Below are positions 50,154 through 60,520 of a DNA stretch of 63,147 nt, one piece after another. The stretch is taken from contig NZ_JBGSXF010000300.1 of assembly GCF_041751555.1 (NCBI RefSeq), positions 1-63,147 on the forward strand. The letters run 5' to 3'. The first letter of the stretch is position 1, and every line of letters starts with the position of its first letter. The notes beneath the pieces were generated by a model that had not been told where the DNA came from, made no database searches, and was given only the letters and a program-made list of their open reading frames with translations. Origin of the DNA: Persicitalea sp. (lineage in GTDB: Bacteria; Bacteroidota; Bacteroidia; Cytophagales; Spirosomataceae). The position numbers and the translations under genes were made by a program.

Positions 50154-50714
50154 TCAGTTGAATTCGTCGTAGTCAGAACCAAAAATAGCACTATCATCAC
50201 TATCTTCCAAACTTTCTTCCTCTAATATTGCCTGACCTAGTCCTTTTTTTATCAGAGCAATTTGCCCAGCGTGGTACAAATCATGGTTGACTAGGCCATG
50301 CAGCAGGGTGTAAAAGGAATAATTTCGTCCTGGGACAATTTTTTCCAAAAATTCGTCATCCGTTCTCTTTTCCAATTCGCTCACCAGCTCTTCTTGTGAG
50401 AGGCTCAGTTCCATTTGCAGCGTTTCCCATTCAAGGGCATCCACCATCGGGAAAATCTTCCAGTTTTTCTCTTTGGTCTTTATATCGAACTCTTTATCTC
50501 CTTGCAACTTCCTAACGGCAAAAATCCGCCAAGTGGTGATGTGGTACACCAATTCGGCAATCGTGTGGGTCTTGGGGGACAGACGATTGTCAGCTAGCTT
50601 GGGCGTAACATCTCTCAGAATTTCTACTACCGATGAACCGTGCCAGGCTTCCTCGCTTTCGTAGGTATCGTTGAGCAGATCTATTATTCGGAGGAGTTCT
50701 TCTTTTGTTTCCAT
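50154..50714 (-). CDS. DinB/YfiT-family protein
   Basis: AWHG, HTIAELVYHITTW, HGLVNHDLYHAGQI His motifs, acidic tail. ATG 50714 preferred. Confidence 0.88.
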   Translation of the reverse strand: METKEELLRIIDLLNDTYESEEAWHGSSVVEILRDVTPKLADNRLSPKTHTIAELVYHITTWRIFAVRKLQGDKEFDIKTKEKNWKIFPMVDALEWETLQMELSLSQEELVSELEKRTDDEFLEKIVPGRNYSFYTLLHGLVNHDLYHAGQIALIKKGLGQAILEEESLEDSDDSAIFGSDYDEFN

Positions 50715-50876
50715 TGTAAGGTGTTTGGTGTGCAAATATTATTTTTCGGGGGGATTAATCCAAAACAAGCCAATTTGCCAAAACTAAGTTCAGAAAATAA
50801 GCTACTTGATTTGGGCCTCTAACCATCTGTACTTAATTTAGCCCCCATTCCAACCTTTAACCTAAACAAGATCGGC

Positions 50877-53800
50877 ATGAAGAAACAATACTTCCGTAGC
50901 AGCCTAAATTTCACACTCGTGCTGCTTTTCCTTTCGCTACCAGCGGTTATCTCTCCGGCATTTTCACAAAAAAAATCCAGGAACAACAACGCGCCAACCA
51001 ACACGTCTGAAGCTACCTATAGTAAGGCAATGCTGAAAGGGTTGGAGTGGCGGAATATCGGGCCTTTTCGCGGCGGCCGCTCCACGGCGGTGACGGGCGT
51101 CATCGGCGATCCTTATACGTATTACTTTGGAGCCAGTGGAGGCGGTGTGTGGAAAAGTACCAACGGCGGCAATGACTGGTTTCCTGTTTCGGATTCTACT
51201 TTTAAAGCTAGTTCAGTGGGAGCCATTGCAGTAGCGCCTTCCAATGCCAATGTAATTTACGCCGGCACAGGCGAAACCGACATCCGGGGCAACATTTCCT
51301 ACGGTGATGGTATGTACAAATCCACCAATGCGGGCAAAACCTGGCGGCACGTGGGTTTGGAAAAGGGCAATGCCATTGCCAACATCCAAGTACATCCTAC
51401 TAATCCTGACTTAGTATATGTGTCAGCAATGGGCAATATTTTTGGGGCTAATCCCGAGCGAGGCGTGTATCGTTCAAAAGACGGGGGCAACACCTGGAAG
51501 CAGGTACTGGCAAAGAATGATAGCACCGGAGCCGTGGACGTAAAAATGGATCCCAATAATTCCAATGTTCTTTACGCTGCCTTGTGGCAAGCTTACCGCA
51601 ACCACTTTTCAATGAGCAGTGGTGGTACGGGCAGCGGTTTGTACAAATCGGTTGATGGCGGCGATACCTGGAAGGAAATCACAAAGAATCCAGGCATGCC
51701 GAAAGGAATCTTGGGCAAAATAGGAATCTCGGTCTCACCCGTCAATTCGAATAGGGTGTACGCAATGATCGAAAACAAGGAAAAGGGAGGTTTATACCGC
51801 TCAGAAGACGCGGGAACTACCTGGCAGCTTATTAACGAAGACCCAAACCTGAAACAGCGCCCCTGGTACTACATGAACGTCGCCGCTGATCCAAAAAATG
51901 AGAATGGTCTGATCGTTTTGAACGTTAACGCCTACAAATCCTTTGACGGCGGCAAAAGTTTCACCGAAATCGACGTTCACCATGGCGATACCCACGACGT
52001 GTGGATCAATCCCGATAATCCCGACAACTTCATCATCGGTGACGATGGCGGTGGTGAGGTGACTTTCAATGGCGGCGGTAACTTTACTGAGTTGGACATT
52101 CCGACTGCGCAGTTTTACCACGTACATACCGATAATGAGTTTCCTTACAACGTGTACGGTGCCCAGCAGGACAACAGTACGGTACGAATCGCCAGCCGCT
52201 CCAACGGCTACACCATCGACACAGATGATTGGTGGCCCGTTGCGGGCGGCGAGTCGGGGTATGTAGTTGAAGACCCACTCAATCCTGACATCACTTACGG
52301 CGGTAGTTATGACGGATTTCTAAGCGTGGATAACCACCGTACGGGCGAGCGGCGGCTCATAAATGTCTATCCAGAGTTTTATATGGGCCACGGCTCCGAC
52401 ACCCGCGAGTACCGCTTTCAGTGGACATTCCCGATCATGTTTTCGCCCCACGATCCGAATACCATGTACGTGACCTCGCAATACGTCCACAAGTCTACCG
52501 ACCGGGGACAGAGCTGGGAGAAAATAAGCCCGGACCTTACGCGTCACGACCCTGCAACTATGGGAGCCAGCGGTGGACCGATCAGCAAGGACAACACTGG
52601 CGTGGAAACCTACGCTACCATTTTTGCTTTTGAAGAATCGACCCTGGAAAAAGGAGTTTTTTACGCCGCCTCGGACGATGGCATGGTACATATCAGTAAG
52701 GACGGCGGGAAAAACTGGGCTGATATCACACCCAAGTCTTCCCTCCTGCCCGAATTTTCAATGATGAGCATCGTGGAAGTGTCGACGCATGACCCGGCAA
52801 CGGTGTACTTAGCAGCAACGCGCTACAAGCTGAACGACTTCAAACCCTATTTGCTCAAATCGACCGATTATGGCAAATCCTGGAAAATGATAACCGATGG
52901 CATTCCCAAAGACCAGTTCACGCGGGTCATTAGGGAAGACCCCAACAAGAAAGACTTCCTTTACGCCGGAACCGAACAGGGCGTGTGGGCCTCATTCGAC
53001 GGTGGCGACTCCTGGCAGTCCCTCCAACTAAACCTACCGACTACGCCGATCCACGATTTGGTGATACAGAAGCGGGAAAAGGATATTGTCGTTGCCACTC
53101 ATGGTCGCTCGTTCTGGATTCTGGACGACATCAGCCCGCTGCACGAATTGAACAGAGAGATCGCCCAATCCGATGCTCACCTTTTTAAGCCATCCCATGC
53201 CTACCGCATGAGCGGCGGTAGCCAAAAGCAGGAGATTCCATCAGCGGGCCAGAACCCACCTAACGGCGCGGTGATCCGCTACTACATGAAGGAACCCGCG
53301 AAAGAAGAATTGAAAATGCACTTTCTTACAGCCAGCGAGGACACGGTGAGTAGTTTTTCCAGCATCAAAGACAAGAAAGGGGAACCGATCAAGGTGACAA
53401 AAGAATTCTATACCGATGAAACCATCACTCGTCCTGGTAGTTTGCCCACGCAAGCCGGCACCAACGTATTCGTCTGGGACATGCGCTACGCCGATGCCAC
53501 TAAGGTCGAAGGCACAAACGTGATGTGGTCGGGTTCAGGCATTGGTCCCAAGGCAGTACCGGGTACTTATCAGGTCCACCTGTACTCGGGTGATAAGCTT
53601 ATCGGCAAGGAAAATTTTGAGATTAAGAAAGATCCTCGACTGAAAACTACCGATGCCGATTTTAAGGCACAGTTTGATTTGGCTCGAAAAATCAATGACA
53701 AACTTTCCGAAACGCACGAGGGTATTAATAAAATTCGCAGTGTCCGTAAGCAGATTGGAGACTACATGAAGTCGGTGAAAGATTCCTCAGTGACCAAACA

Positions 53801-54113
53801 GCTTAAAGAGCTCTCGAAGCCAATGCTGGAAGAATTGGAAAAGATCGAAAACACCCTCATGCAGCCCAAGTCCAAAGCCGGGCAGGATCCGTTGAATTTT
53901 CCGATTCAGTTGAACGATAAACTAGCCGGGGTAAAAACTGTGGTGATGTCGAGCGAAGCAAAGCCCACAAAGTCGAGTTACGAAGCCTACGACAACATCT
54001 CCAGGAAAATCGACGAACAACTCAATCAGCTATCGGAAATCCTCAACCGCGATGTACCAACGTTCAATAACGCCGCTCGTCAAACGGAGATGAAAGCGAT
54101 CATTGTGAATTAA
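50877..54113 (+). CDS. Secreted BNR/Asp-box (VPS10-like) beta-propeller protein, putative glycosyl hydrolase
   Basis: Signal peptide, WRNIGPFRGGRS start, many S.DGG.TW Asp-boxes, ATHGRSFWILDD, helical C-terminus. Confidence 0.88.
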   Translation: MKKQYFRSSLNFTLVLLFLSLPAVISPAFSQKKSRNNNAPTNTSEATYSKAMLKGLEWRNIGPFRGGRSTAVTGVIGDPYTYYFGASGGGVWKSTNGGNDWFPVSDSTFKASSVGAIAVAPSNANVIYAGTGETDIRGNISYGDGMYKSTNAGKTWRHVGLEKGNAIANIQVHPTNPDLVYVSAMGNIFGANPERGVYRSKDGGNTWKQVLAKNDSTGAVDVKMDPNNSNVLYAALWQAYRNHFSMSSGGTGSGLYKSVDGGDTWKEITKNPGMPKGILGKIGISVSPVNSNRVYAMIENKEKGGLYRSEDAGTTWQLINEDPNLKQRPWYYMNVAADPKNENGLIVLNVNAYKSFDGGKSFTEIDVHHGDTHDVWINPDNPDNFIIGDDGGGEVTFNGGGNFTELDIPTAQFYHVHTDNEFPYNVYGAQQDNSTVRIASRSNGYTIDTDDWWPVAGGESGYVVEDPLNPDITYGGSYDGFLSVDNHRTGERRLINVYPEFYMGHGSDTREYRFQWTFPIMFSPHDPNTMYVTSQYVHKSTDRGQSWEKISPDLTRHDPATMGASGGPISKDNTGVETYATIFAFEESTLEKGVFYAASDDGMVHISKDGGKNWADITPKSSLLPEFSMMSIVEVSTHDPATVYLAATRYKLNDFKPYLLKSTDYGKSWKMITDGIPKDQFTRVIREDPNKKDFLYAGTEQGVWASFDGGDSWQSLQLNLPTTPIHDLVIQKREKDIVVATHGRSFWILDDISPLHELNREIAQSDAHLFKPSHAYRMSGGSQKQEIPSAGQNPPNGAVIRYYMKEPAKEELKMHFLTASEDTVSSFSSIKDKKGEPIKVTKEFYTDETITRPGSLPTQAGTNVFVWDMRYADATKVEGTNVMWSGSGIGPKAVPGTYQVHLYSGDKLIGKENFEIKKDPRLKTTDADFKAQFDLARKINDKLSETHEGINKIRSVRKQIGDYMKSVKDSSVTKQLKELSKPMLEELEKIENTLMQPKSKAGQDPLNFPIQLNDKLAGVKTVVMSSEAKPTKSSYEAYDNISRKIDEQLNQLSEILNRDVPTFNNAARQTEMKAIIVN

Positions 54114-54179
54114 GCTGCCGGACTTTGGTATAGCTCAGCCTTACCAGGATGTCAGTTAAGTTTATTTTTCTATTACCGC

Positions 54180-54216
54180 AAAAACGGACGCTTTGGACAT
54201 GAGCGTCCGTTTTTTT
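54180..54216 (+). terminator. Intrinsic terminator
   Basis: AAAAACGGACGCT...AGCGTCCGTTTTT stem plus T run. Confidence 0.85.
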
Positions 54217-54253
54217 GTATAGTCTGCCATTTTGATGCCTTGCCAGCTTGGCT

Positions 54254-54261
54254 TATCTTTG
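54254..54261 (+). promoter_or_regulatory. -7 promoter box with upstream TTTG
   Basis: TATCTTTG, with TTTG ending near 54234. Confidence 0.6.
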
Positions 54262-54293
54262 TGGCTCATTCTGATTTCAAGAAATTTACAATC

Positions 54294-54842
54294 ATGAAAA
54301 TCAATAATCTCCGCTTCGTCACGCTTGCCCTGTTAGTTATCACAGCCGCATTGACCCGACTCCTGCCCCACCCTTTCAACTTCACGCCAATCGGGGCCAT
54401 CGCCTTGTTCGGTGGAGCCTATTTCTCAAAAAAATATTTGGCTTTCTTAATTCCATTGGCTGCGATGCTACTGAGCGACGCAATTATTGGCTTTCACAGC
54501 TCGATGTGGGCAGTCTATTTCTCATTCGTGCTGATCGTTGCAATCGGAATGGGTGCCTTGCAGAAAGTGACCGCACTACGGGTACTTGGAAGCGCCGTAA
54601 TTTCTTCAATTTTGTTTTTCCTTATCACCAACTTCGCCGTGTGGTACGGTTCGGCGGGCTTTTATCCCCAAACGCTTCCCGGCTTGGGGGCTTGCTATCT
54701 GGCTGGATTACAGTTTTATCAGCAAGACTTTTTCGGCAATCTCTTCTTCAATACTGTTATGGGAGATATATTCTTTTCAGGGTTGCTGTTCGGTTCCTTT
54801 GAGCTAATTAAGAGCCGGGTACCGTCACTGCGCATGGCATAA
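54294..54842 (+). CDS. DUF6580-like putative membrane transport protein
   Basis: RLLPHP.NFTPIGAIALFGGAY, LSDA.IGF, SS.LFFLITNF.VW, Y..T..GL..CY.AG..F. ATG 54294 preferred. Confidence 0.78.
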   Translation: MKINNLRFVTLALLVITAALTRLLPHPFNFTPIGAIALFGGAYFSKKYLAFLIPLAAMLLSDAIIGFHSSMWAVYFSFVLIVAIGMGALQKVTALRVLGSAVISSILFFLITNFAVWYGSAGFYPQTLPGLGACYLAGLQFYQQDFFGNLFFNTVMGDIFFSGLLFGSFELIKSRVPSLRMA

Positions 54843-54854
54843 GGTCAATCAGAC

Positions 54855-55259
54855 TTATTTTCTCTGCTTTCGGTACACATTCAATTCATCGTAACCGCTC
54901 GCAGGTTCTGGCTCGCGTTTGTAAACCGTTTCGGGCAACACGCCGATCACGATCTCGGCGGTAGTATAAACTTTACAGCCTTCGAGCAAATGCCCGCCTG
55001 TAGTCTGGCCCGTTGAATCGGCTATGGCGATGTGCAAGTGCGAACCATTTACCGAAAGAGTACCCGCTAAGGAGATAAGCTCAAAATATCCCAAATATTC
55101 AGTGCCAGTGTCCTGATTGGCCAGCCGGATATTCGCGTTGGTCAAACTACCGACGCCCGTCAGGATAAACCCAGCTTCGACGCGCTGCTTATTTACAAAG
55201 TTTACCAATTCATTTTTCAAATCCTGACCAGGCAGGAGACGTATTGTGTGGACGAGCAT
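54855..55259 (-). CDS. PPC/DUF296 domain protein
   Basis: RLLPGQDL, GVGSL, FELISLAGT, HLHIAIAD..G...GGHL, YTTAEI. Confidence 0.9.
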   Translation of the reverse strand: MLVHTIRLLPGQDLKNELVNFVNKQRVEAGFILTGVGSLTNANIRLANQDTGTEYLGYFELISLAGTLSVNGSHLHIAIADSTGQTTGGHLLEGCKVYTTAEIVIGVLPETVYKREPEPASGYDELNVYRKQRK

Positions 55260-55337
55260 ATGTAGAGCAAAGTTTATTCTTAGGGATAGCTCAGGTGTAA
55301 ATAGTTAAAACAGACATTTTATCAAGCAAAAATCCCC

Positions 55338-55709
55338 TCACAACTTGATCTGAAAAGTCTCTGTTTTAAGAACTGGCTTTGGACAAGAATCTAAACCGTT
55401 TTGAAGTCGGAGATTATGATCATAAAATTCGATGGCACGTTTGATTTCATGATTCTTGATGGCGGAAAAATAAGGTCTTTTATTTCTCAAATCTACAAGT
55501 CTCACATCTAGTTTATATATCGTCCCTTCGGGAAAGGCGTTTATAGACTTGCGCAGACAACGAACTTTCAAGTCGGCAGGTACTCGTTGCCCGGCTAAAG
55601 TGCGGAGCGTAAGACTTTTAGTCTTTGCGTCAATGCACATTTTGGCGAAAATATCGAGAAACAGGCTTCGGTTGAATTCTGGGAATAGTTCAACCAGAGA
55701 TAATTGCAT
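55338..55709 (-). CDS. Hypothetical protein (basic, 123 aa)
   Basis: ATG-started ORF filling the gap between co-directional genes. Confidence 0.65.
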   Translation of the reverse strand: MQLSLVELFPEFNRSLFLDIFAKMCIDAKTKSLTLRTLAGQRVPADLKVRCLRKSINAFPEGTIYKLDVRLVDLRNKRPYFSAIKNHEIKRAIEFYDHNLRLQNGLDSCPKPVLKTETFQIKL

Positions 55710-55772
55710 GAGCAGTTAGGGTTTACCCTGCAAAATCCGTGCTTTTTTCTACAAAATCAAATAATTCTCATG

Positions 55773-56678
55773 CTAAAAATATATTTTCTGCGCCATTCGG
55801 AAAGTATTGCAGTGGGCCTCCACGATGTCGGTAAGGCGAGGTGAATACCCACCTCCCATCGATACGACTAGGGGGATACTTCGGCGTTTGCATTCGCTGA
55901 ATACGTACTCGTCTCGCTGGCGACACCCCTCCCGGCTAACGGCCAAATGGCCCAGTTTATCTGTATTGAGAATATCGACTCCTGCTACAAAAAAAATGAA
56001 ATCAGATTGATGATTTTCAATTAATTTGGGCAGATATCTACTTAAACTATCGAGATATATTTCGTCGGATGTACCAGTTTTCAGCGGAATATCAAGATCT
56101 GATTTTTCTTTATGTAATGGATAATTGGCCTTACCATGCATTGAAAATGTGAATACGCGAGGCTCGTTTTGAAACATAACTGCGGTTCCATTCCCCTGAT
56201 GTACATCCAAGTCGATAACCAAAATTCGCTTCGCAATAGTGTTTTCGAGTAAGTAGTTTGCGGCAATTCCGACATCATTCAAAAGGCAAAAACCTTCACC
56301 TTTGTCGGGAAAAGCATGGTGCGTTCCGCCAGCTACATTCATAGCTACACCAGTTAATTTAGCAAAGTGGCAACAGTCGATTGTCCCCTGTGCAATAATC
56401 CTTTCCCGCTCCACTAGTTTTGCAGACAGTGGAAATCCAATTCTTCGAATCATTTTGGGAGGGGTCGTCTCATTTTTTAGGCTTAGCCAGTACCTTTCTT
56501 CGTGGACACCTAGAATCCATTTTTCCGACAGTAGTTTTGGACAAAAAAAGTTCTCACTAGTACAACTACCCTCGTAGATCAATTGCTCAGGGATGAGTTC
56601 GTATTTGACCATCGGAAAACGATGCCCCTCAGGTAATGGGTGTGAATATATAGGGCAATAGGCTATCTTCAGCATCAA
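55773..56678 (-). CDS. Zn-dependent histone deacetylase-family protein
   Basis: HRFPM.KY, GGTHHA, GFCLLND, IDLDVHQGNGTA, AGVD...DKLG, MGGGYS. Confidence 0.93.
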   Translation of the reverse strand: MMLKIAYCPIYSHPLPEGHRFPMVKYELIPEQLIYEGSCTSENFFCPKLLSEKWILGVHEERYWLSLKNETTPPKMIRRIGFPLSAKLVERERIIAQGTIDCCHFAKLTGVAMNVAGGTHHAFPDKGEGFCLLNDVGIAANYLLENTIAKRILVIDLDVHQGNGTAVMFQNEPRVFTFSMHGKANYPLHKEKSDLDIPLKTGTSDEIYLDSLSRYLPKLIENHQSDFIFFVAGVDILNTDKLGHLAVSREGCRQRDEYVFSECKRRSIPLVVSMGGGYSPRLTDIVEAHCNTFRMAQKIYF

Positions 56679-56912
56679 AGTTTTTTATACAGATATATAG
56701 GCACGATCTTTTTATATTTAAGTACTTAACTCATTTAAAAAATACAAGGGTCAAAACTCTCATATACTGCCAATTGAGTCATTAAAGTAATTTATGTACA
56801 ACTTCATTATAGTATTTGTTCGCTGTGATCCGACGTACTAGTGTTAGCCAGGCTCGATAAAATGATTTGGAGCATAAGAGCGTTACTATTACGACTTAAA
56901 ACAATTCAACCC

Positions 56913-57548
56913 ATGAAATACACCAAAATACTAGGGCTGTTCGCTCTAATCGGAATTTTTTCTTCTTGTCAGAACGACCCGTTAAGTGATTTAACGGTGG
57001 AAGATTCGCAAGTGTTCATCACCAATTATACTAAATCAACCAATTTTAAGCAGTTCAAAACCTTTAGCATTGTGGACTCTGTGTTGATTATTGGGAATCA
57101 GAGGACAGGCACCACGCTCAGTGGCACCGATGTCCAATTTTTGAATACTGTAATACAACAAATGAAGAATCTGGGATACCAATACGTCAGTCCCAGGCAA
57201 AGCCCGGATGTGGGAATCAATGTGGCACAGGTACGCAACGCTTATCTCAATGTTGTATCACAACCTATCAACCCTTACTATGGCAATTACTGGGGCGGTG
57301 GCTTTGGTGGTGGAGGTTTTTTTCCCGGCTACGGCTATGGCTACCCGTCCTCGTACTCTTACGTTCAGACTCGCGAAAACTACTGGTACCTGGAAATGAT
57401 CGATTTCAAAAATCCTGATACCGACAACAAAAAATATAATGTGGTATGGAACGCCGAAATCAGAGGAAATGGTCTGTTCGACGGTGTCGATTTCGAAACG
57501 ATGCTGCGCTCGGTTTTTGAACAATCCAGTTATTTGAGAATCAACTGA
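56913..57548 (+). CDS. DUF4136-like lipoprotein
   Basis: Lipobox FSSC after a short signal (ATG 56913), NFKQFKTF, QM..LGY, Gly/Tyr-rich loop, VVWNA. Confidence 0.78.
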   Translation: MKYTKILGLFALIGIFSSCQNDPLSDLTVEDSQVFITNYTKSTNFKQFKTFSIVDSVLIIGNQRTGTTLSGTDVQFLNTVIQQMKNLGYQYVSPRQSPDVGINVAQVRNAYLNVVSQPINPYYGNYWGGGFGGGGFFPGYGYGYPSSYSYVQTRENYWYLEMIDFKNPDTDNKKYNVVWNAEIRGNGLFDGVDFETMLRSVFEQSSYLRIN

Positions 57549-57597
57549 GGGTTCCATTTTGCCAGTCTGAAACGACTCGAAACCTTAAATTACTAAA

Positions 57598-58254
57598 ATG
57601 AATATCATAAAAATCTTTCCTTTTGTCCTTGCCCTGAGCGTCCCTGCCTTCGCTCAGCAAGATCCACAATTGTATAATATGCCTTCTCCCTACGATCGAT
57701 ACTCGCATTATGTCGCGACGGTACGAGGTGGCGCAGGAATTCCCATCGGCCCGTTTTCCAGCGGGTACATCGACCAGCCTACCATCAAAAGTTATTCCTT
57801 ATCAGTGGATTGGATTCTTCAAAAGCCTGTTTCAATTGGTCTCGAGGTAGGGAAAACCTTCTACTCTCAGCGTCTTCCCCGTGCTGTGTATGAGTTGGAC
57901 GATCGCGAAGTCTCCGCCGTACAAACCCGCACTATCGACCTTATGCCCATTCAAGGCGTGCTGAGTTATTACTTTGCCACAGCCAACTCTATGATTCGTC
58001 CTTACGTGCAGGTAGCAGCCGGTGCTGATTTACTTACTTACAGTCTGTATTACGGTAGTTTAGCCGATCAGAAGCAATCGGTCAACTTTACCTACGGCGG
58101 GGCGGCGGGTGCTAAGTTTCTTTTCAAGAAGGACGGGTCTATAGGGGCTGACATCAGGGTAAAGTACAATCAGACGTCTTTCAATTACGATTACGTAGAT
58201 AAGGGAATCGGCCAATTCAACGCCACCGTAGGGCTTTTCTACCGTTGGTGGTAA
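57598..58254 (+). CDS. Outer-membrane beta-barrel protein (OmpW-like)
   Basis: Signal peptide AFA|Q, IRPYV..AAG strand, aromatic C-terminus FYRWW. Confidence 0.78.
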   Translation: MNIIKIFPFVLALSVPAFAQQDPQLYNMPSPYDRYSHYVATVRGGAGIPIGPFSSGYIDQPTIKSYSLSVDWILQKPVSIGLEVGKTFYSQRLPRAVYELDDREVSAVQTRTIDLMPIQGVLSYYFATANSMIRPYVQVAAGADLLTYSLYYGSLADQKQSVNFTYGGAAGAKFLFKKDGSIGADIRVKYNQTSFNYDYVDKGIGQFNATVGLFYRWW

Positions 58255-58275
58255 AAGTACTGGTAGTTTTCACTT

Positions 58276-60447
58276 ATGCCTGGCCGTCCGTTGTCTAAAA
58301 ACGCACTTTTTCTTTTTGTCTTTGCTGGTATGTTGATTGCCGGATCGGCCATCTGGGCGTGGCAGCGCTTCGGTTCTACCAGTTCTATAGAATACAGGAT
58401 GGTAGCTGAGGCATTTCCTGTGGCAAAAATTCTTGAAAACCTTGCTTCTGACTGCGACCTTTCTGTCAGACACTACAAGCAGATCGGACGAGAGTTGCAG
58501 TTTGAGCTACATGCTTCCTCAGGTGGGCTTGCTCCTTACAATGTGGAGATTGTTCAAAAGAACCGGAAGTATAACTACAATAACGTCCCTCACAGACCTG
58601 GCACCTGGTTTTCGTTAACAGATCTCCCGCTTTCGAACGGCCCGGCAACGATTAAAATCGTCAGTCTGGGACAACCGGGATGCTCTGCCTTAGCTGAGTT
58701 CGAGTTTGATATAAGAAAAGCCGATACTGAACTAGCGGCTGGAAGTTGGATCAGACACGGTAGTGAGGATATCATGTTGGATGTGCGTCCGATCAAAATC
58801 GATGAGAAATACTATCTGAAAGATTTTGCCAATTATAAAGATGGTCGCAACAGGTACTACCTCATCGACAATCATGTAGTCGAAGGGCTGGAAAATGGCA
58901 TCGAGGTACGTCCGGGTTATTTATATTCGGTCACTACCTGCTGGATCGACGCCCCTTATGGCGAATGGTGGAACAAGTTGCGCAATCGCACCATGCGGCA
59001 ACAGAATATCTGGATCGACAAGGGTGCAGACGGCCAGCCGCAAGTTTCTGGATTGATGCCCATTGTTATTCCTGATTGGTTTGGGCTTTCCCGCGAAATA
59101 AACGTACAATTTGATACCAAGTTTCCGGAATTTGACCCGATTAAGGGAAAATTAGCCCTGCAGTACCGTTTGAATGCTGAAGTACCTCCAAATAACTATT
59201 TTAAGCGCGGTGTAACGCATTTACCAAAATGGGAGCACGAGCAGGGTGTAGCGAACCAAAAACTTCACTGGACAGAACCACCTGGCTTCTTTAAAGACAA
59301 AGACGAAGCATGGTTCTCTTCGCTTTCTCGAAAAGAAGTTGAATCCCTGGCCGAAAGTGTCTTCCCAACGGGCGTTTATGCCTTTGATTTCGAGTTTTGG
59401 AATCGCGATTACCCATCTGAGATCAAGCAACGCTTACTTTGGTTTTCCAGACGTCTAAAGCAAAAGCAGCCAAAAATGGAGATTTTTGACTATTGGGGTG
59501 GCTCGGCGGTTCGTAATCGAAACTTTTGGAGCGATAAAAGTGACAGGATAGATCCTGCTTTTTTTAGCAAGGACTACCAAAATCCACAACCCACCAATAA
59601 TAACCTGACACCCAATGCGCAGGGAGAGAGTATGGCGGATTATTTTTCGATCAATATGGTCGATGTTTATCCGGTTTCTTTTTTCTCCAATGATCCCGAT
59701 GGCATCACACCTAGTAATTATCTGATACTGTCTGCGATTCACACCTCGCGTGTCAATCGGCTCTTTCCCTACCAGAAAAGCAACAAGACGGTTTGGTTTG
59801 GCTGGAACCGGGACATGGCGCGGTATAACGATCCCGCTGTGCCTTGGGTAGTTCATACAACTGCTCCCAAGGGCGAAATAATATTTAATCAGTTGGCTCT
59901 GATGCCTGCGAGTCAAGCACTTGGGCTGTCACTGTTTTCATTTATTGAAGCCGACGGTTATTACCTCTGGCACGACAACGGCCCGCTCGGTCGGGGAGTT
60001 AACAATTATTTATTAAGTAAAGATGATTGGTATGGCTACGAATGGTTCGCGGCCGATGGTCGTACCGACCACACCAAGTTGCGAGGTCGGCGTGATCGTC
60101 CGCAGTCGCCGCGATATTGGGACTACCCCACTGAGTTTTATGTACTAGGCCACTGGATGGCGAAGCAAGTCGAGGACATCCTGGTTGGGGGTAAGAAAGT
60201 AGATTTGGATTACAAATCAGAAAACGGCTGGCGAAAAGCTACGATAGATCAGGCAGTTCAGTCCGCCGCTAAACGCGAACCTTTCGTGCTGGCAGTAGTC
60301 AACCAGGGAAAAATTGCGGTGCTGGCCATCGACTCTTTTCAAAAGCCTAACGCGGCGCGGGAATTGTCGATTCGGTTGCCGAACGGGAAAACGGAGAAAA
60401 TTCATTTGTATGGCAACTGGCCTAGTTTGTATCGGGGAAATCTTTGA
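58276..60447 (+). CDS. Membrane-anchored or exported hypothetical protein, possible glycoside hydrolase-like
   Basis: N-terminal hydrophobic helix, Ig-like segment (SSGGLAPYNVEI), Trp/Tyr-rich C-terminal domain with YAFDFEFW. Confidence 0.75.
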   Translation: MPGRPLSKNALFLFVFAGMLIAGSAIWAWQRFGSTSSIEYRMVAEAFPVAKILENLASDCDLSVRHYKQIGRELQFELHASSGGLAPYNVEIVQKNRKYNYNNVPHRPGTWFSLTDLPLSNGPATIKIVSLGQPGCSALAEFEFDIRKADTELAAGSWIRHGSEDIMLDVRPIKIDEKYYLKDFANYKDGRNRYYLIDNHVVEGLENGIEVRPGYLYSVTTCWIDAPYGEWWNKLRNRTMRQQNIWIDKGADGQPQVSGLMPIVIPDWFGLSREINVQFDTKFPEFDPIKGKLALQYRLNAEVPPNNYFKRGVTHLPKWEHEQGVANQKLHWTEPPGFFKDKDEAWFSSLSRKEVESLAESVFPTGVYAFDFEFWNRDYPSEIKQRLLWFSRRLKQKQPKMEIFDYWGGSAVRNRNFWSDKSDRIDPAFFSKDYQNPQPTNNNLTPNAQGESMADYFSINMVDVYPVSFFSNDPDGITPSNYLILSAIHTSRVNRLFPYQKSNKTVWFGWNRDMARYNDPAVPWVVHTTAPKGEIIFNQLALMPASQALGLSLFSFIEADGYYLWHDNGPLGRGVNNYLLSKDDWYGYEWFAADGRTDHTKLRGRRDRPQSPRYWDYPTEFYVLGHWMAKQVEDILVGGKKVDLDYKSENGWRKATIDQAVQSAAKREPFVLAVVNQGKIAVLAIDSFQKPNAARELSIRLPNGKTEKIHLYGNWPSLYRGNL

Positions 60448-60468
60448 GCCCGTTTTTTTAAAAAATGA

Positions 60469-60496
60469 AAAAGCCCGCTATTACTAGCGGGCTTTT
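60469..60496. terminator. Bidirectional intrinsic terminator between the hypothetical gene and tRNA-Glu
   Basis: AAAAGCCCGCTA-ttac-TAGCGGGCTTTT. Confidence 0.88.
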
Positions 60497-60520
60497 CTTG
60501 TCGGCAATAAGCCACTTACG

